This document shows positions 11,181-24,054 of a DNA stretch of 64,000 nucleotides, piece after piece (positions within the stretch are counted from its first letter, which is position 1; every line of letters starts with the position of its first letter). This stretch comes from Escherichia phage vB_EcoM-172859UKE1, in the sequence record MZ234025.1; one strand, 5' to 3'. The position numbers and the translations under genes are program-made. Under the pieces are notes generated by a model. It was given only the letters and a program-made list of their open reading frames with translations, was not told where the DNA came from and did no database searches.

Positions 11181-11251
11181 GCTACGAGGTATAAGTGTCG
11201 TAGCAACCAACTGTAAATAAATTAAATAATCTAAATAAAAGGTAATAATCC
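11181..11251 (+). promoter_or_regulatory. gene 32 mRNA leader: hairpin plus A/U-rich tract (putative autoregulatory translational operator)
   Basis: 7-bp stem GCTACGA/TCGTAGC (11181-11204) followed by unstructured AU-rich run with repeated TAAAT up to the ATG. Confidence 0.55.
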
Positions 11252-12154
11252 ATGTTTAAACGTAAATCTACTGCTGACCTCGCTGCTCAAATGGCTAAAC
11301 TGAACGGTAACAAAGGTTTCTCTTCAGAAGATAAAGGCGAATGGAAGCTGAAGCTAGATGCATCAGGTAATGGTCAAGCGGTAATTCGTTTCTTGCCAGC
11401 AAAAACTGATGATGCACTACCATTTGCAATTCTTGTTAACCACGGTTTCAAGAAAAATGGTAAATGGTATATTGAAAATTGCTCTTCTACACACGGCGAT
11501 TACGACTCTTGTCCTGTATGTCAGTACATTAGTAAAAATGACCTGTACAATACCAACAAAAATGAATATTCTCAACTGAAACGTAAAACTTCTTATTGGG
11601 CTAATATTCTGGTTGTTAAAGACCCTCAAGCTCCAGATAACGAAGGTAAAGTATTTAAATATCGTTTCGGTAAAAAGATTTGGGACAAAATCAATGCAAT
11701 GATTGCTGTTGATACCGAAATGGGTGAAACTCCAGTTGATGTTACTTGTCCGTTTGAAGGTGCCAACTTCGTTCTGAAAGCTAAGCAGGTTTCTGGTTTT
11801 AGCAACTATGACGAATCTAAATTCTTGGGTCAATCTGAAATTCCTCGTATTAATGACGAAGCATTCCAGAAAGAACTATATGACCAGATGGTAGACCTTA
11901 CTACTTTGACGGCTAAAGACCAGTTCAAATCCTTTGAAAAATTAAATGAATCTTTCGCTAAGGTTCTTGGTACTGCCGCTCTTGGTGGTGCAGCAGCCGC
12001 AGCAGCTTCTGTTGCAGATAAAGTTGCTTCTGACCTTGACGATTTTGATAAAGACATGGAAGCCTTTAGTTCTGCAAAAACTGAAGATGACTTCATGAGC
12101 TCTACCTCATCCTCTGATGATGGCGACCTCGATGACCTGTTAGCTGGTCTATAA
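11252..12154 (+). CDS. 32: ssDNA-binding protein gp32
   Basis: 300 aa; [37 protein letters not shown]-terminus, Zn site [16 protein letters not shown], acidic C-terminus [12 protein letters not shown]. Confidence 0.97.
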   Translation: MFKRKSTADLAAQMAKLNGNKGFSSEDKGEWKLKLDASGNGQAVIRFLPAKTDDALPFAILVNHGFKKNGKWYIENCSSTHGDYDSCPVCQYISKNDLYNTNKNEYSQLKRKTSYWANILVVKDPQAPDNEGKVFKYRFGKKIWDKINAMIAVDTEMGETPVDVTCPFEGANFVLKAKQVSGFSNYDESKFLGQSEIPRINDEAFQKELYDQMVDLTTLTAKDQFKSFEKLNESFAKVLGTAALGGAAAAAASVADKVASDLDDFDKDMEAFSSAKTEDDFMSSTSSSDDGDLDDLLAGL

Positions 12155-12160
12155 TAAATT

Positions 12161-12185
12161 GGGAGACTTCGGTCTCCCTTTTGAG
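12161..12185 (+). terminator. rho-independent terminator after gene 32
   Basis: GGGAGAC-TTCG-GTCTCCC then TTTTG. Confidence 0.8.
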
Positions 12186-12209
12186 TATCTGTAAATTGCC
12201 GAAAAAGTT

Positions 12210-12238
12210 GTTTACTTCTTCCATGGATGTGTTAGTAT
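12210..12238 (+). promoter_or_regulatory. T4-type early promoter
   Basis: GTTTAC, 17-nt spacer, TAGTAT. Confidence 0.65.
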
Positions 12239-12267
12239 AGACCTATCAACAACATGAGGAAATCAAA

Positions 12268-12660
12268 ATGGAAATCGGAAAATCTTATATCATTAACCCT
12301 TTATTTAAAGACGACTTTGTTCAAGAAGCACCACATAATAACGCTAAGATGTTAAAATTGATTGAACTCCACGGGCCTAGTTTTGTTGTAAACGGAATGG
12401 AACCTGATTATGATAGCGATACGTCAAACGTAGTAAGTGTAACTATGGAAGATGGTACTGTATGTTCTGCCGGTGGTGAAATTGAAACTTATTTTGAGAT
12501 TTATCCTGACGAGTTCAAATACTTTATTGAGGTAGATTTAGTAAAGCCTCAATCTACTAACGAAGGTATAGCTTTAGGTGTAACAAAAATCCATTGTATC
12601 GTAGATGAAACCAACGTCGACGAAATCATCAAACTTTTGCAAAAAACCTTTAAAAAGTAG
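12268..12660 (+). CDS. hypothetical protein (frd.3 position)
   Basis: 130-aa ORF with SD and early promoter upstream; no recognisable motif. Confidence 0.6.
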   Translation: MEIGKSYIINPLFKDDFVQEAPHNNAKMLKLIELHGPSFVVNGMEPDYDSDTSNVVSVTMEDGTVCSAGGEIETYFEIYPDEFKYFIEVDLVKPQSTNEGIALGVTKIHCIVDETNVDEIIKLLQKTFKK

Positions 12661-12722
12661 TGTACAACAAGATAGGGTTATGTTATAGTAGCCCTATCAA
12701 ATCAAAAGTGAAGGAGAATAAA

Positions 12723-12971
12723 ATGAGATTGCAACGACAGAGCATCAAAGATTCTGAAGTTAGAGGTAAATGGTACTTCAACATCGTTGGTAAAGACGCT
12801 GAACTCCTTGAACAAGCTGAAGAAGCTTTACGTGAAATGGGTTGGAACGAAGAATGTGACGGATGTCCACTCTACGAAGATGGTGAAAGTGCAGGATTCT
12901 GGATTCACCACTCTGATGTTGAATCGTTTAAAGCTGATTGGAAAGTTGTTAAGAAAAATCTGAGGAAATAA
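12723..12971 (+). CDS. hypothetical protein (frd.2 position)
   Basis: ATG at 12723 preceded by GAAGGAG; track start 12660 is GTG overlapping previous gene. Confidence 0.5.
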   Translation: MRLQRQSIKDSEVRGKWYFNIVGKDAELLEQAEEALREMGWNEECDGCPLYEDGESAGFWIHHSDVESFKADWKVVKKNLRK

Positions 12972-12973
12972 TT

Positions 12974-14660
<1,687 letters not shown>

Positions 14661-14915
14661 ATGATTTTACGTTTTATTAATTCATATGGCACCACAATTT
14701 TTGAAATGAAAAATCCTACCGAACTAGATATCCCTTCACCGAATAGTGAAATCACAGTTAAAGGTGAACGATTCATTTGTTATTCACATGAACGAATTTA
14801 TGAATATCGTGAATTCTGTGGTGGATTCGGTATAGAAAAAGAACCGTTGGTTTATTTCAATATCACAGTCTTGACACCTAAAGAATATGAAGAAATTATT
14901 GCTGAGGATAATTAA
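14661..14915 (+). CDS. hypothetical protein
   Basis: 84-aa ORF directly abutting td stop. Confidence 0.5.
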   Translation: MILRFINSYGTTIFEMKNPTELDIPSPNSEITVKGERFICYSHERIYEYREFCGGFGIEKEPLVYFNITVLTPKEYEEIIAEDN

Positions 14916-14916
14916 C

Positions 14917-14939
14917 GCTTCAGTTTAAAAGTGTATAAT
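14917..14939 (+). promoter_or_regulatory. putative middle promoter (nrdA), imperfect MotA box
   Basis: CGCTTCA then TATAAT at 14934-14939. Confidence 0.35.
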
Positions 14940-15002
14940 AAATTAACGGGATAAATACTATCCCGTTTGGAGTAATGTCTATCAACCTATACTGAGGAAT
15001 AT

Positions 15003-17258
15003 ATGCAAGTAACTAAGAGCAGTGGTGTATCCCAAAATTTTGATGCACAGAAAATTATTCAAGTCTTAACTTGGCAATGTGAAGGAACACAAATTGACCC
15101 ATATGAATTGTACGAAGAAATTAAGACCCATCTTGTCGATGGGATGAGCACCAAAGATATTCAGAAGATTTGTATTAAAGTTGCAGCTAACTCGATTTCT
15201 GTCGAAGAACCTGATTATCAGTATGTCGCCGCCAAAGGGCTAATGTTTGCACTTCGTAAAGATGTATATGGGCAGTTTGAACCGCCTGCTTTTATCGACC
15301 ATATTTCTTATTGTGTTAATGAAGGCAAATATGACCCTGAGCTGTTGTCTCAATATTCAGCAGAAGAAATCATTTATCTCGATTCACAGATTAAACATGA
15401 ACGAGACTTTGACCTGACTTATGCTGGTGCTATGCAGCTTAAAGAAAAATATCTAGTTAAAGATAAAACAACTGGGAAGATTTATGAAACTCCACAGTTT
15501 GCTATCATGGCTATTGGCATGGCCTTACACCAAGACGAAACTCATGACCGTTTGAAACATATTATTCGTTTTTATGATGCCGTTTCTACTCATCAAGTTT
15601 CATTGCCAACCCCAATTATGGCAGGTGCTCGTACTCCAACTCGCCAGTTCTCTAGTTGTGTAGTTATTGAAGCCGGTGATTCGTTAAAATCTATTAACAA
15701 AACTTCAGCATCAATTATTGAATATATTTCTAAACGAGCTGGTATTGGTATCAACGTTGGTATGCTTCGTGCAGAAGGTTCTAAGATCGGTATGGGTGAA
15801 GTTCGACATACGGGTGTTATTCCATTCTGGAAACATTTCCAAACTGCAGTAAAATCTTGTTCTCAAGGTGGTATTCGTGGTGGTGCTGCTACAGCGTATT
15901 ATCCGATGTGGCACTTAGAAGTAGAGAACCTATTAGTTCTGAAAAATAACAAAGGCGTGGATGAAAACCGTATTCGACATATGGACTACGGAATTCAGAT
16001 TAATGACCTCATGATGGAACGCCTTGGTAAAAATGATTATATTACTTTATTTAGCCCTCACGAAATGTCAGGCGAACTATACTACTCGTTCTTTGAAGAT
16101 CAAGATAAATTCCGTGAGCTTTATGAGAAAGCTGAAAAAGACCCAACAATCAGAAAGAAAAGAATCAAAGCACTAGAACTCTTTGAATTGTTCATGACTG
16201 AACGTTCTGGTACTGCTCGAATTTATCCACAGTTTGTTGATAACACGAATAACTACACTCCATTTATTCGTGAAAAAGCTCCAATTCGTCAGAGTAACTT
16301 ATGTTGTGAAATCGCTATTCCAACTAATGATGTGAATGGTCCTGATGCTGAAATTGGTTTATGCACATTATCTGCTTTTGTATTGGATAAATTTGATTGG
16401 CAAGACCAAGATAAAATTAATGAACTTGCTGAAGTACAAGTACGTGCACTTGATAACCTGTTAGACTATCAAGATTATCCGGTTCCAGAAGCTTTAAAAG
16501 CTAAAAAGCGTCGTAATCTTGGTGTTGGTGTTACGAACTATGCTGCATGGTTAGCTTCTAACTTTGCTTCATATGAAGACGCTAACGATTTGACTCATGA
16601 ATTGTTTGAGAGATTGCAATATGGCCTTATCAAAGCTTCAATCAAACTCGCCAAAGAAAAAGGATGTTGCGAGTATTATTCAGACACTAAATGGTCTAGA
16701 GGCGAATTACCTATCGACTGGTACAATAAAAAGATTGACCAAATCGCAGCCCCGAACTACGTCTGTGACTGGGAAGAACTTCGAGCTGAACTCAAAGAAC
16801 ATGGAATTCGTAACTCAACGTTGTCTGCACTCATGCCTTGTGAGTCAAGCAGTCAAGTATCAAACTCTACAAACGGGATTGAGCCCCCACGTGGTCCAGT
16901 AAGTATTAAAGAATCTAAAGAAGGCAACTTCCGTCAGGTTGTTCCTAATATAGAACATAACACGAGTCTTTACGACTACGCGTGGAAACTTGCTAAGAAA
17001 GGTAATAAACCTTATTTAACCCAAGTTGCTATCATGTTGAAATGGGTGTGCCAATCTGCTTCTGCTAATACTTACTACGACCCTGCAGTATTTGAGAAAG
17101 GTAAAGTGCCAATGTCAGTAATGCTTGACGATCTGCTTTACTTCTGGTACTTTGGCGGAAAAAACCTCTACTATCATAACACTCGTGATGGGTCAGGTAC
17201 AGATGACTACGAATTAGAAACACCTAAAGCTGAAGATTGTTCTGCTTGTAAGCTTTAA
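15003..17258 (+). CDS. nrdA: aerobic ribonucleotide reductase large subunit
   Basis: 751-aa ORF with class I RNR alpha features; size of T4 NrdA (~754). Confidence 0.96.
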   Translation: MQVTKSSGVSQNFDAQKIIQVLTWQCEGTQIDPYELYEEIKTHLVDGMSTKDIQKICIKVAANSISVEEPDYQYVAAKGLMFALRKDVYGQFEPPAFIDHISYCVNEGKYDPELLSQYSAEEIIYLDSQIKHERDFDLTYAGAMQLKEKYLVKDKTTGKIYETPQFAIMAIGMALHQDETHDRLKHIIRFYDAVSTHQVSLPTPIMAGARTPTRQFSSCVVIEAGDSLKSINKTSASIIEYISKRAGIGINVGMLRAEGSKIGMGEVRHTGVIPFWKHFQTAVKSCSQGGIRGGAATAYYPMWHLEVENLLVLKNNKGVDENRIRHMDYGIQINDLMMERLGKNDYITLFSPHEMSGELYYSFFEDQDKFRELYEKAEKDPTIRKKRIKALELFELFMTERSGTARIYPQFVDNTNNYTPFIREKAPIRQSNLCCEIAIPTNDVNGPDAEIGLCTLSAFVLDKFDWQDQDKINELAEVQVRALDNLLDYQDYPVPEALKAKKRRNLGVGVTNYAAWLASNFASYEDANDLTHELFERLQYGLIKASIKLAKEKGCCEYYSDTKWSRGELPIDWYNKKIDQIAAPNYVCDWEELRAELKEHGIRNSTLSALMPCESSSQVSNSTNGIEPPRGPVSIKESKEGNFRQVVPNIEHNTSLYDYAWKLAKKGNKPYLTQVAIMLKWVCQSASANTYYDPAVFEKGKVPMSVMLDDLLYFWYFGGKNLYYHNTRDGSGTDDYELETPKAEDCSACKL

Positions 17259-17313
17259 GACTTTTGATTATAATTTACTCATGGATGAGTTAATAACTAA
17301 GTGAGAAAATATA

Positions 17314-18489
17314 ATGAGTACAGTTTTTAACACACAACAAGTCGATGTTTTGAATGAACCGATGTTCTTTGGTTCTGGTCTTGGCCTCGCACGTTACGAT
17401 ATTCAGCGTCATAAAGTTTTTGAAGAACTTATCGAAAAGCAGCTCTCGTTCTTTTGGCGTCCCGAGGAAGTAAACTTGATGTTGGATTCGGCCCAGTTTA
17501 ATAAGCTTCCACAGTTCCAACAGGACATCTTTACAAACAATCTTAAGTATCAATCATTATTAGATTCTATCCAAGGCAGGGCCCCATCTGCGGTACTTAT
17601 GGCACTGATTTCTGACCCTTCATTAGATACATGGGTTGCAACATGGACATTCAGTGAAACTATTCACTCTCGTTCGTATACTCATATTATGCGAAATCTT
17701 TATACCGATCCGTCCAAAGTATTTGATGAGATTGTATTAGACGAAGCAATCATGAAACGAGCTGAATCAATAGGTAAATATTACGATGATGTTCTAGTCA
17801 AGACTCGTCATTGGGAAAATGCTAAGGAAAATTATGAGTGTTCAATAGGCTCATGCCAGCAGAATGATATTGAGATGTACGAAGAAATAATGTTTAACGC
17901 CAAGCGTGATTTAATGAAGTCTCTTTATCTCTGTTTGCATGTTATCAACGCCTTAGAAGCTATTCGTTTTTACGTATCATTTGCGTGTACTTTCAACTTC
18001 CATAAAAATATGGAAATTATGGAAGGTAATGCAAAGATTATGAAGTTCATTGCTCGTGACGAACAACTCCACCTCAAGGGTACTCAGTACATTATCCGTC
18101 AACTTCAATCTGGTACTGATGGTGATGAGTGGGTTCGAATTGCTAAAGAATGTGAACAAGAAGCAGTTGACATTTTTATGGAAGTAAATAGTCAAGAGAA
18201 GGAATGGGCTGCACACCTCTTTAAAGATGGTACATGTCCAGGTATCAATACGCAGAGTATGTGTGCTTTTGTTGATTACTTGACTGTGTCTCGTATGAAA
18301 CAGTGTGGTTTGCCATGTCCAATTACTGATGCTCCGACCAAGCATCCGTATCCTTGGATTCGTGAATATCTGAACTCTGATTTAGTTCAAGCAGCTCCTC
18401 AGGAAGTTGAAATCAGTTCTTATCTTGTCGCACAAATTGATAATGATGTAGACCAAAATGTAATCAATTCATACAAAAAATATTTCTAA
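17314..18489 (+). CDS. nrdB: aerobic ribonucleotide reductase small subunit (intron-less)
   Basis: 391-aa continuous ORF, size and position of T4 NrdB; no intron. Confidence 0.94.
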   Translation: MSTVFNTQQVDVLNEPMFFGSGLGLARYDIQRHKVFEELIEKQLSFFWRPEEVNLMLDSAQFNKLPQFQQDIFTNNLKYQSLLDSIQGRAPSAVLMALISDPSLDTWVATWTFSETIHSRSYTHIMRNLYTDPSKVFDEIVLDEAIMKRAESIGKYYDDVLVKTRHWENAKENYECSIGSCQQNDIEMYEEIMFNAKRDLMKSLYLCLHVINALEAIRFYVSFACTFNFHKNMEIMEGNAKIMKFIARDEQLHLKGTQYIIRQLQSGTDGDEWVRIAKECEQEAVDIFMEVNSQEKEWAAHLFKDGTCPGINTQSMCAFVDYLTVSRMKQCGLPCPITDAPTKHPYPWIREYLNSDLVQAAPQEVEISSYLVAQIDNDVDQNVINSYKKYF

Positions 18490-18493
18490 GGAC

Positions 18494-18513
18494 GGGACTT
18501 CGGTCCCACTTTA
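18494..18513 (+). terminator. hairpin/terminator after nrdB
   Basis: GGGAC-TTCG-GTCCC then ACTTTATT. Confidence 0.55.
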
Positions 18514-18515
18514 TT

Positions 18516-18926
18516 ATGAAAGATATTGCCGCCGAATATTCCTTTATTAAATATACAGAATTGGAGCTATTAGAAGATGCAACAATTAAAACAGTTGATG
18601 TCCCTAATAAGAAAAATGTCATATACGCTATTGCTATAGATGACGAACTTGTGTATATTGGTAAAACCAAGAATTTAAAGAAACGCATTAACTATTATCG
18701 AACAGCCATAAATCGAAAAGACCAGACTTCAGATTCAAGAAAATCACTTATGATTTTGGATGCCTTAATGCAAGGCAAAAAGGTTGAATTCTGGGCCCGC
18801 CAATGTTTTGACCTTTCAGTCACCAACGAACTTGGTTCAATGACCATCGCAACAATGGACCTTGAAGAACCGCTTTTTATCAAAAAGTTCAACCCGCCTT
18901 GGAATATCCAACATAAGAAAAAGTAG
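18516..18926 (+). CDS. denA: endonuclease II (GIY-YIG-like)
   Basis: 136 aa, VIYAIAIDDELVYIGKTKNLKKRINYY motif, FNPPWNIQHKKK C-terminus as in T4 DenA. Confidence 0.92.
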   Translation: MKDIAAEYSFIKYTELELLEDATIKTVDVPNKKNVIYAIAIDDELVYIGKTKNLKKRINYYRTAINRKDQTSDSRKSLMILDALMQGKKVEFWARQCFDLSVTNELGSMTIATMDLEEPLFIKKFNPPWNIQHKKK

Positions 18927-18955
18927 TTTACATACCACAAGGATTGTGGTACAAT
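18926..18955 (+). promoter_or_regulatory. T4-type early promoter (rnlA)
   Basis: GTTTAC, 18-nt spacer, TACAAT. Confidence 0.65.
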
Positions 18956-18971
18956 TTAAAAAACTAACTGA

Positions 18972-20105
<1,134 letters not shown>

Positions 20106-20107
20106 TG

Positions 20108-20137
20108 GTTTACAAACACCAAGGATGGTGTTACTAT
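20108..20137 (+). promoter_or_regulatory. T4-type early promoter (alc-like gene)
   Basis: GTTTAC, 18-nt spacer, TACTAT; overlaps rnlA stop. Confidence 0.65.
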
Positions 20138-20167
20138 GGCTTTTATCAACAACACGAGGAGAAAATT

Positions 20168-20668
20168 ATGAATATGCAATTGATTACTAACGATATGGTC
20201 GTAACCGCTTTTGGAGACACAACTGACGGAATCCGGGTCTTTAAGAAAGGACGTCCAGTTGGTTATCTTACTGACCTACGTGTTACACTGGCCAAAAATC
20301 TTAAAAAGAAAGTAAAACAAAAAGAGTATTCCACCCGATACGCTGAAGAGAAACGCGAAGCGATGCCGGAAGCAGTTAATGCCATGGTAGAATTTCTTCA
20401 AAACAATTTGACTAAATATGACGCTAATGTGTTCATTAATATTAGTCAACCAAACGTACATATCGCAGGTATAAAATTCTACATTATTTGCGACCCTCTT
20501 ACCGACAAATTCAACCGCCTCGGAATTTCAAGTCCGTATCATACAGCAGAAGAGTTGTGTGTATTGTTTGAATCGTACAAAATCCAGTGTGATGGTTTGA
20601 AAACCGTTCTTATCAATGGATTATCCCGAGATGAAATCATTGAGATTATTAAAACATGCTTAAAGTAA
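20168..20668 (+). CDS. alc: Alc-like host transcription inhibitor (assigned by position and size)
   Basis: 166 aa from ATG 20168 (GAGGAG SD); track start 20105 lies inside an early promoter; position rnlA-alc-pseT as in T4. Confidence 0.5.
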   Translation: MNMQLITNDMVVTAFGDTTDGIRVFKKGRPVGYLTDLRVTLAKNLKKKVKQKEYSTRYAEEKREAMPEAVNAMVEFLQNNLTKYDANVFINISQPNVHIAGIKFYIICDPLTDKFNRLGISSPYHTAEELCVLFESYKIQCDGLKTVLINGLSRDEIIEIIKTCLK

Positions 20669-21012
20669 ATCCTATTTACGCTATAGTAGCAGCTTTTGCT
20701 CTAGTTTCTACGGTAACAATAGTTGTCTTAAACAACAAAGTTGATTCGTTGAATACTGAATTAGCTTCTGTCAAAGAGACCGCTAAAAACAATGCTAAAG
20801 TATTAGACGACTTCAAGGTTCAATATCAGTCAATCGAAGAAATGACTTATAAGAACCGTGTTTTAGTTGACCAACTTAAGGCCGAAAATGAAAAGCTCCG
20901 TAAGGATTCGAAGAAGAAGAACGTGGTGGCAAGTAAACCAGGATTGGTCGAAAAACAAATCAACAAGTCCTTCGATTCCTTTGCAGAAGACCTCAGGAAG
21001 CTCTCAGAATGA
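20656..21012 (+). CDS. inner-membrane spanin (Rz-like; T4 pseT.3 position)
   Basis: N-terminal TM helix IYAIVAAFALVSTVTIVVL then charged coiled-coil; overlaps next gene. Confidence 0.65.
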   Translation: MLKVNPIYAIVAAFALVSTVTIVVLNNKVDSLNTELASVKETAKNNAKVLDDFKVQYQSIEEMTYKNRVLVDQLKAENEKLRKDSKKKNVVASKPGLVEKQINKSFDSFAEDLRKLSE

Positions 21013-21299
21013 TTAAATTAATCGCAGTTGTATTATCTATTGGCATTTTGGCTGGATGTGCCCAGGATGTGCCCTTAAGCCCTAAAGAAACTTTACATCC
21101 GCCATGGCCTGAATCTATTGTTGAATATAACCAGAAATGGCAAGTAAAGGTTATTGATGGTAATCCATGGGTTGGAATGCCATTTGAAGACTCTCAAGAA
21201 TTTCGTATCTGGTTAAACGACGTAAAAAGATATGTACATGACCAGAAGACTATGTTATGTTATTATCGTAGTGGTTTAAAAGAGGAAAAATGCCAATGA
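21009..21299 (+). CDS. outer-membrane lipoprotein spanin (Rz1-like; T4 pseT.2 position)
   Basis: signal peptide with lipobox LAGC (MIKLIAVVLSIGILAGCAQ); paired with upstream coiled-coil membrane protein. Confidence 0.65.
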   Translation: MIKLIAVVLSIGILAGCAQDVPLSPKETLHPPWPESIVEYNQKWQVKVIDGNPWVGMPFEDSQEFRIWLNDVKRYVHDQKTMLCYYRSGLKEEKCQ

Positions 21300-21514
21300 C
21301 TAAAGAACAGCATGAATACATTAAAGGGCTTATCTATGAATCTGAAATGGCGGCTATGATTTATGGGCGCCAGATTCAACGATTAGAATCTTTGCCTCCG
21401 ACTAATGACCGCTTGTTAGTTCAGTCTCGTGCTAATCTGAAAAATGAATATCAGAATAAGTGGGCAGTAGCGACTAAAGCTCTTCATGAGTATATTGAAT
21501 CTTTAGTAAAATAG
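21290..21514 (+). CDS. hypothetical protein
   Basis: 74-aa ORF, ATG overlapping previous stop. Confidence 0.45.
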   Translation: MPMTKEQHEYIKGLIYESEMAAMIYGRQIQRLESLPPTNDRLLVQSRANLKNEYQNKWAVATKALHEYIESLVK

Positions 21515-21543
21515 TTTACAAACTCTCGGGAGCAGAGTATAAT
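21514..21543 (+). promoter_or_regulatory. T4-type early promoter
   Basis: GTTTAC, 18-nt spacer, TATAAT. Confidence 0.7.
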
Positions 21544-21571
21544 GCTCCTATGGATAATTGAGGAAATCTAA

Positions 21572-21870
21572 ATGAAAACATTACTAGAGAATTACATCAA
21601 ACGGTCTGATGAGTATATTGATATCTGCCGTGGAATGTCACTTGTCAATTATGACAAAGATGCAGCAAAGGCACTAGATGAAGCAGGTAAAGCTCTTCGT
21701 AAAGCTGCTAAAGAAAAAGGGTTGGATTTGCAACAACTCAAAAGTCATATGATTAAATTTATTTCTTCAAACGTTAGAAGTACGTCAATTAATAAAAACG
21801 TCGCTGAAATTAATAAAGACCGGCGAGAGCATAACATTCGTATTCTTGAAACTTTCTTAGGAATAAAATA

Positions 21871-21871
<1 letters not shown>
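21572..21871 (+). CDS. hypothetical protein
   Basis: 99-aa ORF behind early promoter and GAGGAAAT SD. Confidence 0.5.
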
Positions 21872-22957
<1,086 letters not shown>

Positions 22958-22958
<1 letters not shown>

Positions 22959-23149
22959 TGAAACGATTATATGAAGTGATTGAGGCCATCGAACGGCATA
23001 AAGAATATTTGTTTGTAGCCTGGCCTTTAGTAAATGGACAGTTCGGTATTGATGTGCTGGACTATGAGCATGAAGAACGTTTGGACGGTGGTATATTTGA
23101 TAACGTCGACCAGGCAATTGAATGGTTAAATGAAAACTATGTACGATAA
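22958..23149 (+). CDS. hypothetical protein
   Basis: 63-aa acidic ORF, TAATG coupling to pseT. Confidence 0.4.
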
Positions 23150-23354
23150 ACATCATGAAATCGAAGATGAAGCATACAAAATGCTTCGTAAACTAGTGGG
23201 ACTTAATATGAGTCCTACATTAATCAACAAACTCGCAGGAATTCGTAATGATCTGAATACTCGTTACAAAGGCGAATATCATGTAGAGTTTGTTCCTGTA
23301 GGTGAACCGACCGAGCGATTTGTTGTTCGAGTTAAAGTAAATACTGTACACTGA
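23130..23354 (+). CDS. hypothetical protein
   Basis: 74-aa ORF. Confidence 0.4.
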   Translation: MKTMYDKHHEIEDEAYKMLRKLVGLNMSPTLINKLAGIRNDLNTRYKGEYHVEFVPVGEPTERFVVRVKVNTVH

Positions 23355-23361
23355 GGTAATT

Positions 23362-23637
23362 ATGTTCCCAACTTATTCTGAAATTGTAAAGGTAGTCTTC
23401 AGTCAGATTATTGCTAATAATATGTTTGAAGTGCTTGATAATGCAGCCGAACTCAGAGTTCATGCTCAACTAACTCATGTACTCAATGCTTTGCTCCCAG
23501 ACCAAGTAGATTCTATTGCTATTACTCTTCTCCCTGGGTCTGCACACGTCATAGTGGTATTTGATCTTGACGGTGATTTAGTTATCCAATGTGATATCAA
23601 TTTCGGTACACAAAAAATTGAATGCAAAGCAATTTAA
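23362..23637 (+). CDS. hypothetical protein
   Basis: 91-aa ORF with GAGG SD. Confidence 0.45.
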   Translation: MFPTYSEIVKVVFSQIIANNMFEVLDNAAELRVHAQLTHVLNALLPDQVDSIAITLLPGSAHVIVVFDLDGDLVIQCDINFGTQKIECKAI

Positions 23638-23639
23638 TG

Positions 23640-23669
23640 GTTTACAACATGGTGGAGTTGTGATACTAT
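23640..23669 (+). promoter_or_regulatory. T4-type early promoter
   Basis: GTTTAC, 18-nt spacer, TACTAT. Confidence 0.65.
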
Positions 23670-23697
23670 AACTCTACCAACAAATGAGGAAATAGAA

Positions 23698-23934
23698 ATG
23701 CTAAGTGAAAACCCAATTACAGTACACGAATTTCAGATTAAAGTAAAAGAATTTGCTCAAGCACTCATCAATAAAGTGTCTGAACGTTTCCAAGATGCAA
23801 CATTACGAGTTATTCAAGAATCTCCACGTTCTTTTCTCATAATCGTTAATCCTAAAGATGGTGACCAAATTACTAATCTTAAATTAGGCAGTGATGGTCT
23901 TGTTGAAGCAACTCGAGTATATGGAACACTATAA
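23698..23934 (+). CDS. hypothetical protein
   Basis: 78-aa ORF behind early promoter 23640-23669. Confidence 0.45.
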   Translation: MLSENPITVHEFQIKVKEFAQALINKVSERFQDATLRVIQESPRSFLIIVNPKDGDQITNLKLGSDGLVEATRVYGTL

Positions 23935-24054
23935 TGAGAGCTATCTCATTACTATCGAGAATGGTCATAAATCTGAGCACTACCAACTTAGCCTGTCTAA
24001 TCCGGTTAAAGGTATTGTTGAATCAGAATCTGTTTATATCTCCTAAGGATTGTT

